A DNA stretch of 31,779 nucleotides from Clostridiaceae bacterium. Lineage in GTDB: Bacteria > Bacillota > Clostridia > Lutisporales > Lutisporaceae. The stretch covers positions 1 through 31,779 of the forward strand of contig JAQVFD010000001.1 in the NCBI GenBank assembly GCA_028697435.1. Reading direction: 5' to 3'. A program made the translations under genes and the position numbers. Positions 18,407-27,364 of this stretch are shown here, one piece after another. The notes under the pieces were generated by a model. That model saw nothing but the letters and a program-made list of their open reading frames with translations. It did no database searches and had not been told where the DNA came from. Numbering within the stretch: position 1 is the stretch's first letter; the number at the start of each line of letters is the position of its first letter.

Positions 18407-19855
18407 CTATGCTATTGGAAGGTCAATGTAGAATACGGCTCCGGTCTCGGAATTTTCCGCAGTAATTTTCCCGTTGTGCTTTTCAATTACATTCTTGCTT
18501 ATAGCAAGCCCAAGACCGAAATTACCCTTTGAACCTTTAAAGAACCTATTAAAAATATTGGGAAGTTCATTTGATTCGAAGCCCGGTCCGTCATCCGATA
18601 TAGTGACTCTTATTGTTTTTTCTTCGATAATTTCTGATTTTATTTTTATGGTGTTTCTCGCATAGCGCATGCAATTGTTTAGAATATTGTTAATAGCTCT
18701 CGAGAGCTTTTCTTCGTCTGCAATTATACTGATGTTTTCCTCAAGCTCTAATATATCAATTTTTAAATTTTTACATCCGGCAATCATATCCATACGCTCT
18801 GCACAGCTGCGTAGCAATTCGTTATAATCCAATGTAGCAAAGTAATAGCTTTCTTCAATTGCATCTAACCGTGACAGATAAAGAAGATTTTCCACAAGTT
18901 GAGTCAAACGCTTGGATTCCTCAATTATAATACCGGCAGCTTCATTGGTGTCTGCAACATTGTATTTTATGCCTTCCGCATAGCTCTGAATGGACATAAT
19001 AGGAGTCCGAAACTCATGAGAAGCATTCTGCAAAAAGGTTTTCTGTGCTTTGTCATAGATCTCTAATTTTTCGGACATTACATTTATATTACTTACAAAT
19101 TCGCTTAATTCATCATATACAGGAGTAATGATCTTAGTCCCGAAGTTCCTTTCGGCAATTGCGCGTATATGTTGATTCAGTGTAGTGAATGGCTCAGAGA
19201 TTTTTTTTGCAATAACCGAGGAGAAAATTACTATAATAAATGCTGACAACAGAAGTATAGCGAATAGAATCAAATTTATTGCCAGCTGAAGTTGGTTTAC
19301 CTTCTGCAGACTGGAATATACTACTATCCATCCTAATCCGAAGTCATTCTTTTGCGCTACAGGTTTTACTATTGCTATATACTCTGTACCGGTGATATGA
19401 AAGTTCATATAGTTTTCCTCATTTAAATCCTTTGACTTATTTATCTCATCAGCAATTTTACTGATAAGACCCGAATCTGCACCTGCAAATCCTTCAACAG
19501 GCAAATTTATTATTAATTTATTGTTATCCATTAAAATATAATCGGCATTCAAAACAGATAAAGGTTCTCTTAAGGATCTGTCCAACATAAAGTAAAATCT
19601 AAATACATCATTTGTTCTTACCTTTATCCTCGGAAGGTCCTGAGGTATTTCCTTATTGAATATAAAAATTTCCGGACCTCTTTTTAAAGCCGTATCTTCG
19701 GCATGGGTTGCTATTTTATTCAATTGTCCAATAATATCCTTTTCAATATAAACTCTGATTGCAAGGTTAAATATAATAGCAACAAGCATAATCAATGTGA
19801 TTATGATTATAAGATTGTATTTAAAAATTCTCCATTTTATAGTATTGATCTTCAT
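18407..19855 (-). CDS. Sensor histidine kinase (2 TM, HAMP, HisKA, HATPase)
   Basis: NASHEFRTP H-box, NILNNCMRY N-box, DDGPGF, GNFGLGLAI. Confidence 0.95.
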   Translation of the reverse strand: MKINTIKWRIFKYNLIIIITLIMLVAIIFNLAIRVYIEKDIIGQLNKIATHAEDTALKRGPEIFIFNKEIPQDLPRIKVRTNDVFRFYFMLDRSLREPLSVLNADYILMDNNKLIINLPVEGFAGADSGLISKIADEINKSKDLNEENYMNFHITGTEYIAIVKPVAQKNDFGLGWIVVYSSLQKVNQLQLAINLILFAILLLSAFIIVIFSSVIAKKISEPFTTLNQHIRAIAERNFGTKIITPVYDELSEFVSNINVMSEKLEIYDKAQKTFLQNASHEFRTPIMSIQSYAEGIKYNVADTNEAAGIIIEESKRLTQLVENLLYLSRLDAIEESYYFATLDYNELLRSCAERMDMIAGCKNLKIDILELEENISIIADEEKLSRAINNILNNCMRYARNTIKIKSEIIEEKTIRVTISDDGPGFESNELPNIFNRFFKGSKGNFGLGLAISKNVIEKHNGKITAENSETGAVFYIDLPIA

Positions 19856-19859
19856 AGTA

Positions 19860-20555
19860 TCATTCCTTGTCTATAAATCTGAATCCAAAGCCCCAGACAG
19901 TATCTATTTTAAGAGCGGAGCCTGCATCTGCAAGTTTTTTTCTTATTCTCTTTATCATATCATCTGTTGCCCTGGTTTCAACTTCATTTTCAAAGCCCCA
20001 AACCTTGTCCAGAAGTTCACTGCGGCTTACAGCTCTGTTCATATTAATTGCAAGGTAATAAAGCAGTGAAAATTCCATTCCTGTTAAGCCGATATCTTTG
20101 TCATTGCATTTTACCTTTTTTATATTATGATCAATGACCAAATCAGAGGTTTTTATAACTTTATCGATACCGCTCTGGGCTTTATCCATTTCAATTCTTC
20201 TGAATACGCTTCTAATCCTTGCAATAAGCTCCATAGGACTGAAAGGTTTTGTGAGATAGTCATCGCATCCAAGGGTCAATCCGGCAATTTTATCCGGCTC
20301 TGTATCCTTTGCTGACACAATAATAATCGGCACACTGCTTACTTGGCGGATTTGAGAGCAAATAGAATATCCGTCTATTCCGGGCATCATAATATCTACT
20401 ATAAGCATATCGGCAGGTTCGGAATTAAAAGCTTCAAGTAGGGATTCTCCGTCAGAAAATGCTTTAACCTCATAACCTTCTTTAATCAAAAAAGATCTGA
20501 TTATGTTCAAAATATTAACTTCATCATCCGCTATGTATATAAGTTTGTCACCCAT
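19860..20555 (-). CDS. OmpR/PhoB-family response regulator
   Basis: IADDE, IVDIMMPGIDG, DDYLTKPF, winged-helix DTVWGFGF; ATG 20555 behind GAGGTG. Confidence 0.95.
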   Translation of the reverse strand: MGDKLIYIADDEVNILNIIRSFLIKEGYEVKAFSDGESLLEAFNSEPADMLIVDIMMPGIDGYSICSQIRQVSSVPIIIVSAKDTEPDKIAGLTLGCDDYLTKPFSPMELIARIRSVFRRIEMDKAQSGIDKVIKTSDLVIDHNIKKVKCNDKDIGLTGMEFSLLYYLAINMNRAVSRSELLDKVWGFENEVETRATDDMIKRIRKKLADAGSALKIDTVWGFGFRFIDKE

Positions 20556-20617
20556 GTTTTTACACCTCATAGTTATAATTCTATCATGAAATTCGCTGAA
20601 TTACATTTAAAATAGAC

Positions 20618-20657
20618 TGTTGCCTAACTTTTGCCACAATTTTGCGGAGATTTTAAG
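20618..20657. promoter_or_regulatory. 11-bp-phased direct repeats in the divergent regulator/exporter promoter region
   Basis: TGTTGCC 20618, TTTTGCC 20629, TTTTGCG 20640, TTTTAAG 20651. Confidence 0.5.
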
Positions 20658-20717
20658 CTGTAAAAAGTTATAGAATAAAAATATAGTAAAAAAGCAGAAA
20701 CACAGGAGGTATAATCA

Positions 20718-22445
20718 ATGAATCTTGATACAGTCATCGGCAGCAAGCGTGCAATTAAATTATCCCGGAATAAAATACTGATCATTGTTGTAATAGTGCT
20801 TATTGCCGCTGCAGTGATAGGAATCAATTATTTTAAGCCTAAGGACTCAAAAGTTCCTGCCTTACAGCAGGCAACGGCCATAGCGAGAAAGGGGGACCTT
20901 AGTGTTGTAGTCTCCGGGTCAGGGGCGATCAGTTCTTCAAAAAAGTTTACATTGACTTCCAATGTAAGCGGGACTCTTACAAGTATTTATTTTAATGACG
21001 GAGATAAGTTAAAAGTCGGAGAGCTTATATTTGAAATAGACGACAAAGACACTGAACTGCAAATAAAGCAGATAAAAAACAGTATTGCACAAGCGCAGCT
21101 TACCCGCAGCAGCAATCTATCTGATTTGCAAGCAGGAAGAGTAACGGCTCCTATCGACGGGGAGGTCTTGAACCTGCAATCTAAAGAAGGAGACAGTGTT
21201 TCAAATAACGGTACCTTAATGACTATTACTGACAAGTCAAAGTTGAAGTTACTGGTTCCTTTCATTAATACATATAGAAATAAGCTTAATGTGGGACAGA
21301 AGGTAACTGTAAATTCCTTTGATTCTGAAAAGGATGAGCTTCATAAGGCAGAAGGCACAATTTCCGTCATAAGCACTCCCGGATATATCACTGACAGTGG
21401 TGCTGAAGCTTATAATGTGGAGGTAATAATTGATAACAACGGTTTTTTAGCAGAAGGGATGGTTGCAAATATAACAGTAAAAATCGCGGAAGTTGAAGTA
21501 ACAAGCAATGGCAGCAATACATTAAGCTATGTAAACAGCGTGACTGTCAGAACCTCTTCGGGAGGAACACTCAATAGATTATATATTGAAGCAGGCCAGA
21601 ACGTAAAGAAGGGCGATATATTGGCGGAGCTTGAAAATGACGATCTGGAGCTGACTGTCAAGACAAACGACCTGAAACTTGAAGACTTGAACACACAACT
21701 GCAAACGGCTGAAGAAAAACTGTTGGACCATAAGGTTTATGCACCATTTGATGGAACCTTTACACTAAATGATATTGAGCAAGGAAACAGTATAAAACAG
21801 GGAGACATTTTAGGGAGCGTTGCTAATTATGATACTATGGAGTTCAGCATAGATGTTGACGAACTTGACATTGCCAAGATTAAGGAAGGGCAAAATGTAA
21901 AGGTTACAATTGATGCTTTGGCTGAGACAAGTGATGCTCCTCTCAAGGGAAGCGTATCAAAAATCGCAGTTGAAGGAAGTTCTTCTAACGGGGTATCAAC
22001 ATATCCGGTAACAATTCAAATTGAAAAAAATGAGGCTTTAAAAGGCAGCATGAGTGCAAATGCTGAGATAATCGTAAACAAAAAAACCGGTGTGGTTTAT
22101 GTTCCGGTTGATGCTGTGCACAAAAGAGACGGCAAAAGCTATGTAAAAGTTGTACCCGGAGCAGGTGGAACAGGTAAAGCTGCCGGATCCCGGAATACAG
22201 ATTTAAACGGCATAGATAATATTAAAAACACAAAGCAGGACACTGAGCAGAAAGTTGAAATGAGAGAGGTCAAAACAGGGATAAGTACTGAAGAATATAT
22301 AGAAATAGTCAGCGGATTGAGGGAAGGAGAATCAGTAATAGTAACCTCCCAGAGCTCCGGCACTAATAATCGAAGAGGGCAAGAAATGATGTTCATGAGC
22401 GGTCCGCCAACCGGAGGCGGTAATGTCAGAATCAGAAGTAATTAG
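20718..22445 (+). CDS. Membrane-fusion (MacA/HlyD-like) adaptor protein with an internally duplicated core
   Basis: N-terminal TM; two sets of lipoyl half-motifs ([23 protein letters not shown] and [23 protein letters not shown]); C-terminal [12 protein letters not shown]. Confidence 0.88.
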   Translation: MNLDTVIGSKRAIKLSRNKILIIVVIVLIAAAVIGINYFKPKDSKVPALQQATAIARKGDLSVVVSGSGAISSSKKFTLTSNVSGTLTSIYFNDGDKLKVGELIFEIDDKDTELQIKQIKNSIAQAQLTRSSNLSDLQAGRVTAPIDGEVLNLQSKEGDSVSNNGTLMTITDKSKLKLLVPFINTYRNKLNVGQKVTVNSFDSEKDELHKAEGTISVISTPGYITDSGAEAYNVEVIIDNNGFLAEGMVANITVKIAEVEVTSNGSNTLSYVNSVTVRTSSGGTLNRLYIEAGQNVKKGDILAELENDDLELTVKTNDLKLEDLNTQLQTAEEKLLDHKVYAPFDGTFTLNDIEQGNSIKQGDILGSVANYDTMEFSIDVDELDIAKIKEGQNVKVTIDALAETSDAPLKGSVSKIAVEGSSSNGVSTYPVTIQIEKNEALKGSMSANAEIIVNKKTGVVYVPVDAVHKRDGKSYVKVVPGAGGTGKAAGSRNTDLNGIDNIKNTKQDTEQKVEMREVKTGISTEEYIEIVSGLREGESVIVTSQSSGTNNRRGQEMMFMSGPPTGGGNVRIRSN

Positions 22446-22458
22446 GAGGGGCGCGATC

Positions 22459-23136
22459 ATGATAGAAATTCGCAATATGAGTAAGATATATCGGATAGGC
22501 GATGTAGAGGTAATGGCACTGAACAATGTAAGTCTTGATATAGAGCAGCATGAATTTGTTTCGATTGTCGGACCTTCAGGCTCGGGAAAGTCCACACTTA
22601 TGAATATGATCGGCTGTCTTGACGTGCCTTCCTGCGGTGAATATTATCTGGACGGAATGTTAGTAAGCGGGCTCTCGGATGACCAGCTTGCTAACATCAG
22701 GAATCACAAGATAGGATTTATATTTCAAGGCTTTAATCTACTTCAAAAGCTTAATGCGGTGGAAAATGTCGAGCTCCCCCTTATATACCAGGGATCATCT
22801 GCAAGAGAGCGGTATGAAAGATCTGTAGAAGCACTGAAGCTGGTAGGTCTGGGGGATCGTATACATCACAAACCTACAGAGCTGTCCGGTGGGCAGCAGC
22901 AGCGTGTTGCAATAGCAAGGGCACTGGTAGGAAATCCCCCGATAATATTGGCGGATGAGCCTACGGGGAACCTGGATTCAAAGTCCGGTAAAGATATAAT
23001 CTATATGCTGAAGGAACTTCATTCAACAGGAAATACAATAATACTTATTACCCATGACAACGATATTGCTATGGAAGCAGGAAGAATAGTACGGATACAG
23101 GACGGGCAAATAAATGAGGACAGGATGGTGGGATAG
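22459..23136 (+). CDS. MacB/LolD-like ABC ATP-binding subunit
   Basis: [49 protein letters not shown]; ATG 22459 behind AGGAGG. Confidence 0.95.
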   Translation: MIEIRNMSKIYRIGDVEVMALNNVSLDIEQHEFVSIVGPSGSGKSTLMNMIGCLDVPSCGEYYLDGMLVSGLSDDQLANIRNHKIGFIFQGFNLLQKLNAVENVELPLIYQGSSARERYERSVEALKLVGLGDRIHHKPTELSGGQQQRVAIARALVGNPPIILADEPTGNLDSKSGKDIIYMLKELHSTGNTIILITHDNDIAMEAGRIVRIQDGQINEDRMVG

Positions 23137-23138
23137 AC

Positions 23139-24317
23139 ATGAGTTTCATTCAAGCATTCAAAATGGCTGTAAAGAGCATACGGAGCAATAAGGTACGCTC
23201 ATTTCTCACCATGCTGGGAGTAATAATCGGAGTATCTTCCGTTATAGCTGCAGTAGGCTTTGCCCAAGGCAGCACCAAAAGCATTACGGACACAATATCC
23301 AGTATGGGAACTAATCTCATACAAGTCAATATTATGGGAAGAAACAGTAACAGAAATGTCACATACAACCAGATAAAAAAGTTTTCGGAAGAGAACAGCG
23401 TAGATATCGCAGCAGTGGCACCTCAATCCAATTCATCAGCTACAGTTAAATATGGCACAAATACAAGGAACACAAGCGTTCTCGGTACAAGTCCTGATTA
23501 TCAGGAAATAAGGAGTGTTTATGCTCAGCAGGGAAGGTTTCTGATTCAAAACGACCTTGAAGGAATGCAGAAGGTTGCTGTAATAGGTACGGCAGTTGTT
23601 AACGATTTATTTGAAGGAACTAATCCTATAGGAGAAAAAGTAAAGATTAACGGACAGTTGTTCACTGTGGTGGGTATTCTGGAAGAAAAGGATGGGGGAC
23701 AGGATGAAGGAGCCGACGACATTGTAATAATTCCGGTCACAGTGGCACAGAGGCTGTTCAGATCAGGAACCATCAGAAATTTTTCAATTCAGGCTACCGG
23801 TCCCGAAACGGTGGAAAGCGCAATGAAAAAACTGGAGGAATTTCTTGCAAAGACATATAAGGATTCTGATGCTTTCAGGGTTTTCAACCAAGCGGAGATG
23901 CTTGAGAATCTTGACAGCATGACCGGGACCATGACTGCAGTGCTCGCAGGAATTGCCGCTATTTCACTGATCGTAGGAGGTATAGGCATAATGAATATAA
24001 TGCTCGTATCCGTAACTGAAAGGACAAGAGAGATCGGCATTAGAAAGGCAATAGGTGCAAAAAGAAAGAACATACTTACTCAGTTTCTGATCGAAGCAAT
24101 TATACTGACGGGATTCGGCGGGATCCTTGGGGTAGCTATAGGTTTATCCATAATACATTTTATTATCGGAGGATTTGAGCTTGTGCCGGAAGTATATTCA
24201 ATACCTTGGGTAATGATTTCTTTTGGGATTTCCCTTGGAGTAGGCGTCACCTTCGGGCTGTTCCCTGCATATAAAGCTGCAAGTCTCAACCCTATAGAGG
24301 CTTTAAGATCAGAATAA
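23139..24317 (+). CDS. MacB/FtsX-like ABC permease
   Basis: RSFLTMLGVIIGVSSV, VGGIGIMNIMLVSVTERTREIGIRKAIGA, GLFPAYKAASLNPIEALR. Confidence 0.95.
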   Translation: MSFIQAFKMAVKSIRSNKVRSFLTMLGVIIGVSSVIAAVGFAQGSTKSITDTISSMGTNLIQVNIMGRNSNRNVTYNQIKKFSEENSVDIAAVAPQSNSSATVKYGTNTRNTSVLGTSPDYQEIRSVYAQQGRFLIQNDLEGMQKVAVIGTAVVNDLFEGTNPIGEKVKINGQLFTVVGILEEKDGGQDEGADDIVIIPVTVAQRLFRSGTIRNFSIQATGPETVESAMKKLEEFLAKTYKDSDAFRVFNQAEMLENLDSMTGTMTAVLAGIAAISLIVGGIGIMNIMLVSVTERTREIGIRKAIGAKRKNILTQFLIEAIILTGFGGILGVAIGLSIIHFIIGGFELVPEVYSIPWVMISFGISLGVGVTFGLFPAYKAASLNPIEALRSE

Positions 24318-24329
24318 CGGGAGGAAAAT

Positions 24330-25481
24330 ATGAGAAAAATAATTTTACCATTATCCATCATTCTGTGCACTGCATTATTGCTTGGCAATATTACTGCCTT
24401 TGCTGATGCAATGGACGACGGTGTATTGACCCTTGAAGAAGCAAAAGAACTTGCACTTAAGAATGATGTAAACTATAAATATCAGGATGACAAGATTCAG
24501 GATGCAAAGGACAACTATGCAGAACTAAGTGAGGATACCTCTGCTACATCCGGAAGAGGAAGCAACATCGCACAAAAGGAAGCAGCCCGCATTTCTCAGA
24601 AGTTACAGCTTGAGAATGCTTACTCCAATGTTCGTAAAGCTGTTTTAAACAAAGCCGATCTGAAAAGGTCTTCTGATTACGAAGTGACAGATATATATTA
24701 TTCTGTAATAGAAGCGCAGAACTCAGCTGCAAGTGCTCAAAGAGATCTTGACCTGAAGAGAAATGACCTTGAAAAGGCTCAAATTAAATATGACCTGCAT
24801 ATTATTAATAAAGCCTCTCACTCTCAGGCAGAATCGGCTTATAGATCTTCAGAGAGCACATATAATAAAGCAGTCTCGGATCTGAATATCTGTATAAAAA
24901 AGCTTAACAAGAACATAGGTGAAGAACTTGATATTTCTAAGGTTAAATTGGATACTATTCTGAGAATTCCTTATATAAAGAACCTTGATTTAGCAAAAAT
25001 AAAAGAAGACAACCGAAAAAACAATTTAACCTATTTTTCCGCCGAAGAGCAGTTCAAGCTGGCTGAGTATGAGCTGGCGCTGACAGAGGAAAAATATGAA
25101 GACCATTATGAAGAATTGAAAAAAGGGTCCTCAAATGTCAGAGTAGAGTTTGACAATATGCTGTATGATGCAGAAAAGAAATTTGAAGATGCGGAGTACA
25201 GTTTTAATGAAAAACTTGAAAGTCTGGAAGAAACTATAGAAGACCAATATGAAAGCTTGGAAGACCTTTATGAGAGCTATTTAGAGCAAAAGGAAGACAT
25301 TAAGGATATGGAGCTTACGGTAAAAGAAAACCAAGTCAAGAATATTATGGGTATAATAAACAAATCCGACCTGGACAGCAGCGTTACAAGTCTTGAGAAT
25401 ATGAAATACCAACTAATTACGACGATTATTAATTTGAATAAACAATATATATATATGACGCAATACAGTGTAACCGAATAA
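24330..25481 (+). CDS. Secreted TolC-like coiled-coil protein
   Basis: Signal peptide, LTLEEAKELALKND N-terminal motif typical of outer-membrane efflux proteins, long heptad-patterned helices, last gene of the export operon. Confidence 0.65.
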   Translation: MRKIILPLSIILCTALLLGNITAFADAMDDGVLTLEEAKELALKNDVNYKYQDDKIQDAKDNYAELSEDTSATSGRGSNIAQKEAARISQKLQLENAYSNVRKAVLNKADLKRSSDYEVTDIYYSVIEAQNSAASAQRDLDLKRNDLEKAQIKYDLHIINKASHSQAESAYRSSESTYNKAVSDLNICIKKLNKNIGEELDISKVKLDTILRIPYIKNLDLAKIKEDNRKNNLTYFSAEEQFKLAEYELALTEEKYEDHYEELKKGSSNVRVEFDNMLYDAEKKFEDAEYSFNEKLESLEETIEDQYESLEDLYESYLEQKEDIKDMELTVKENQVKNIMGIINKSDLDSSVTSLENMKYQLITTIINLNKQYIYMTQYSVTE

Positions 25482-25490
25482 ATGTTTTTC

Positions 25491-25529
25491 AGGCATATTC
25501 CTATTGATTGATATTATTGGAATATGCCT
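25491..25529. terminator. Hairpin between convergent genes, likely bidirectional terminator
   Basis: AGGCATATTCC-N17-GGAATATGCCT (perfect 11-bp stem). Confidence 0.7.
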
Positions 25530-25538
25530 TCATTATGT

Positions 25539-25868
25539 CTATTTTCCCCAATATGCCTTTGCCTCAGCCTCAAGTTTGGATAGCCTGGTGTAATAGTCCG
25601 GAAATTCATTCAAATGAGCAAGAGCAATTTTGCCTGTTATTATTGGATCATCTCCTGAAACATTAGTAATGAGGCTTGCACTCCCGTGCTCAAGCTCTGT
25701 GTTGACTCCCATCCAGAATTGGTTTAAATCAAAAGGACTTTTTGAAAAATCAATACCCAGCTTATTTGCTATTTCTGCGGCTTCTTCTTTAGTAAAGCTT
25801 TTTTTTTGACGGTTTACAGCAGGGCAATACATATATGGTAAACAGCAATACTTACCCCAACCTATCAT
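25539..25868 (-). CDS. DUF5661-like small protein with a Cys/Tyr/Pro-rich N-terminus
   Basis: GVNTELEHG, TGKIALAHLNEFPDYYTRL motifs recalled as DUF5661; GAGGTG SD. Confidence 0.7.
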   Translation of the reverse strand: MIGWGKYCCLPYMYCPAVNRQKKSFTKEEAAEIANKLGIDFSKSPFDLNQFWMGVNTELEHGSASLITNVSGDDPIITGKIALAHLNEFPDYYTRLSKLEAEAKAYWGK

Positions 25869-25905
25869 TTACAATCACCTCAGTATTAAAATCATACATT
25901 AGTTC

Positions 25906-25933
25906 ATTCTATGATGTAGTTATTGCGGTGTGC
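25906..25933 (-). promoter_or_regulatory. Candidate sigma-K promoter of the DUF5661-like gene
   Basis: Minus strand gcAC-N16-CATAGAAT matches AC-N16-CATANNNT. Confidence 0.55.
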
Positions 25934-25965
25934 ATGTATTATAAATCGTATTTACAGAGAAACTG

Positions 25966-25993
25966 TTATATTTTTATTTAGCATGCATATCGT
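25966..25993 (+). promoter_or_regulatory. Candidate sigma-E/K-type promoter of the hydrogenase operon
   Basis: TTATATT-N13-CATATCGT, about 40 nt upstream of ATG 26036. Confidence 0.4.
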
Positions 25994-26035
25994 ATATTAT
26001 GTATGTTTTATATGAATGAAATAGGAGAGAAATGT

Positions 26036-26464
26036 ATGATCAAGTCCGAAAAAACAATATGTCAAAGGATGAAACAAATAATAGAGGAGTCTGAAAGCAA
26101 TATTAAAATGCTATTTAAAATGCCGTGTATTTATGCCAGAACATCTGTTTTATTTGAACTGAGTGCTAATACAGCAGAACTGAATGAATTATGCAGTCAA
26201 CTTATAGAGAATGAAAACAGACAGGTTCAGCCAACTCAATCTAATATTACAATAGAGCAACTATCCCAATTTACCGGAAAAAATGGGAATCCTGCTTATG
26301 TCGCAGTGAACGGCATTGTCTATGATGTGACAAATAATGCTGCATGGGCTGCAGCCACACACTTTGGACTAACAGCCGGAAAGGACCTGACGGATGAATT
26401 CGCTTCATGCCATGCCGGACATTCAATTCTTGACAAATTGAAAGTGGTAGGGAAGTTGATATGA
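26036..26464 (+). CDS. Cytochrome b5-like heme/steroid-binding domain protein with an N-terminal helical extension
   Basis: ITIEQLSQFTGKNGNPAYVAVNGIVYDVT, AGKDLTDEF, candidate His ligands in THF and CHAG; AGGAGA SD before ATG 26036; ATGA overlap with the next gene. Confidence 0.85.
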   Translation: MIKSEKTICQRMKQIIEESESNIKMLFKMPCIYARTSVLFELSANTAELNELCSQLIENENRQVQPTQSNITIEQLSQFTGKNGNPAYVAVNGIVYDVTNNAAWAAATHFGLTAGKDLTDEFASCHAGHSILDKLKVVGKLI

Positions 26465-27360
26465 TTGAAAAAAATCCAGGGATATGTCCTATGCTTAATG
26501 CCTCTTCGGGAACCGCTAAAAATCTTATTGAAAAGATAAAGTCGGAAATAATGCGTAATTCCTTGGTCAAGAGAGATTTGATATGGCTTGAGTTGACAGG
26601 CTGTTCAGGAAACATTATTTCACTTTTAAACGGATCAAATCCTGACTTTAAGTTTCTAATAACAAACATGGTAAATCTAATCTATAATAACAGTCTGATG
26701 GCGGCAGAGGGAGAAGCCGCCTTAGATGCACTGGTTAACAAGACCGGATCGGATTATATACTTGCTGTAGAAGGAGCTATTTCAACAAAAAATAATGGTC
26801 TTTATAATATAATCGGCAGATGGAAGGGGGAGCCTCTTACAGCACTTAAGGCTGTTCAACTTTTAGGTGATAGGGCATCTCATGTAATTGCAGTAGGGGC
26901 ATGTGCGACCCATGGCGGAGTATCGGCGGCAAGACCGAATCCTGCAGAATGTGTAAGTGTGCAAAGCATATTAAAAAGAAAAGTAATCAAGCTGCCGGGA
27001 TGCCCATGCCATCCGGATTGGTTCCTGGGAACTCTTGCACACATTCTGCTGTACGGTGAGCCGGAGCTTGATGACAGAGATCGCCATCTGCTCTTCTACA
27101 GTATGCTTATTCATGACAGATGTCCAAGGAGGTCATATTTTGACAATGGCGTTTTTGCTACAAGACTTGGTGAAAAGACCTGTATGTTCAAGCTTGGCTG
27201 CAGGGGTCCCGTTACTCGAATAGATTGCCCAGTAAGACAGTGGAATAGCTATGTCAATTGGCCGATAAGAGATGATACTCCATGTATTGGATGCGCAATG
27301 TTCGGTTTTCCCGATTCAATGGAGCCCTTCATCAGCTATGATACAACAAGAAAGAGGTAG
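26461..27360 (+). CDS. [NiFe]-hydrogenase small subunit, no Tat signal or TM anchor
   Basis: WLELTGCSGNIISLLN, AVEGAI, AVGACATHGG, PGCPCHPDW, IHDRCPRR, CMFKLGCRGP, DCP..WN, PCIGC. Confidence 0.93.
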   Translation: MIEKNPGICPMLNASSGTAKNLIEKIKSEIMRNSLVKRDLIWLELTGCSGNIISLLNGSNPDFKFLITNMVNLIYNNSLMAAEGEAALDALVNKTGSDYILAVEGAISTKNNGLYNIIGRWKGEPLTALKAVQLLGDRASHVIAVGACATHGGVSAARPNPAECVSVQSILKRKVIKLPGCPCHPDWFLGTLAHILLYGEPELDDRDRHLLFYSMLIHDRCPRRSYFDNGVFATRLGEKTCMFKLGCRGPVTRIDCPVRQWNSYVNWPIRDDTPCIGCAMFGFPDSMEPFISYDTTRKR

Positions 27361-27364
27361 AATC

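Noticed and set aside
27272-27364. N-terminal extensions given by the ORF track (also 10986-11057, 14623-14682, 22423-22458, 26003-26035)
   Set aside because: Each has a better downstream start with a clear SD and family-typical N-terminus; the extensions overlap upstream genes or promoters.
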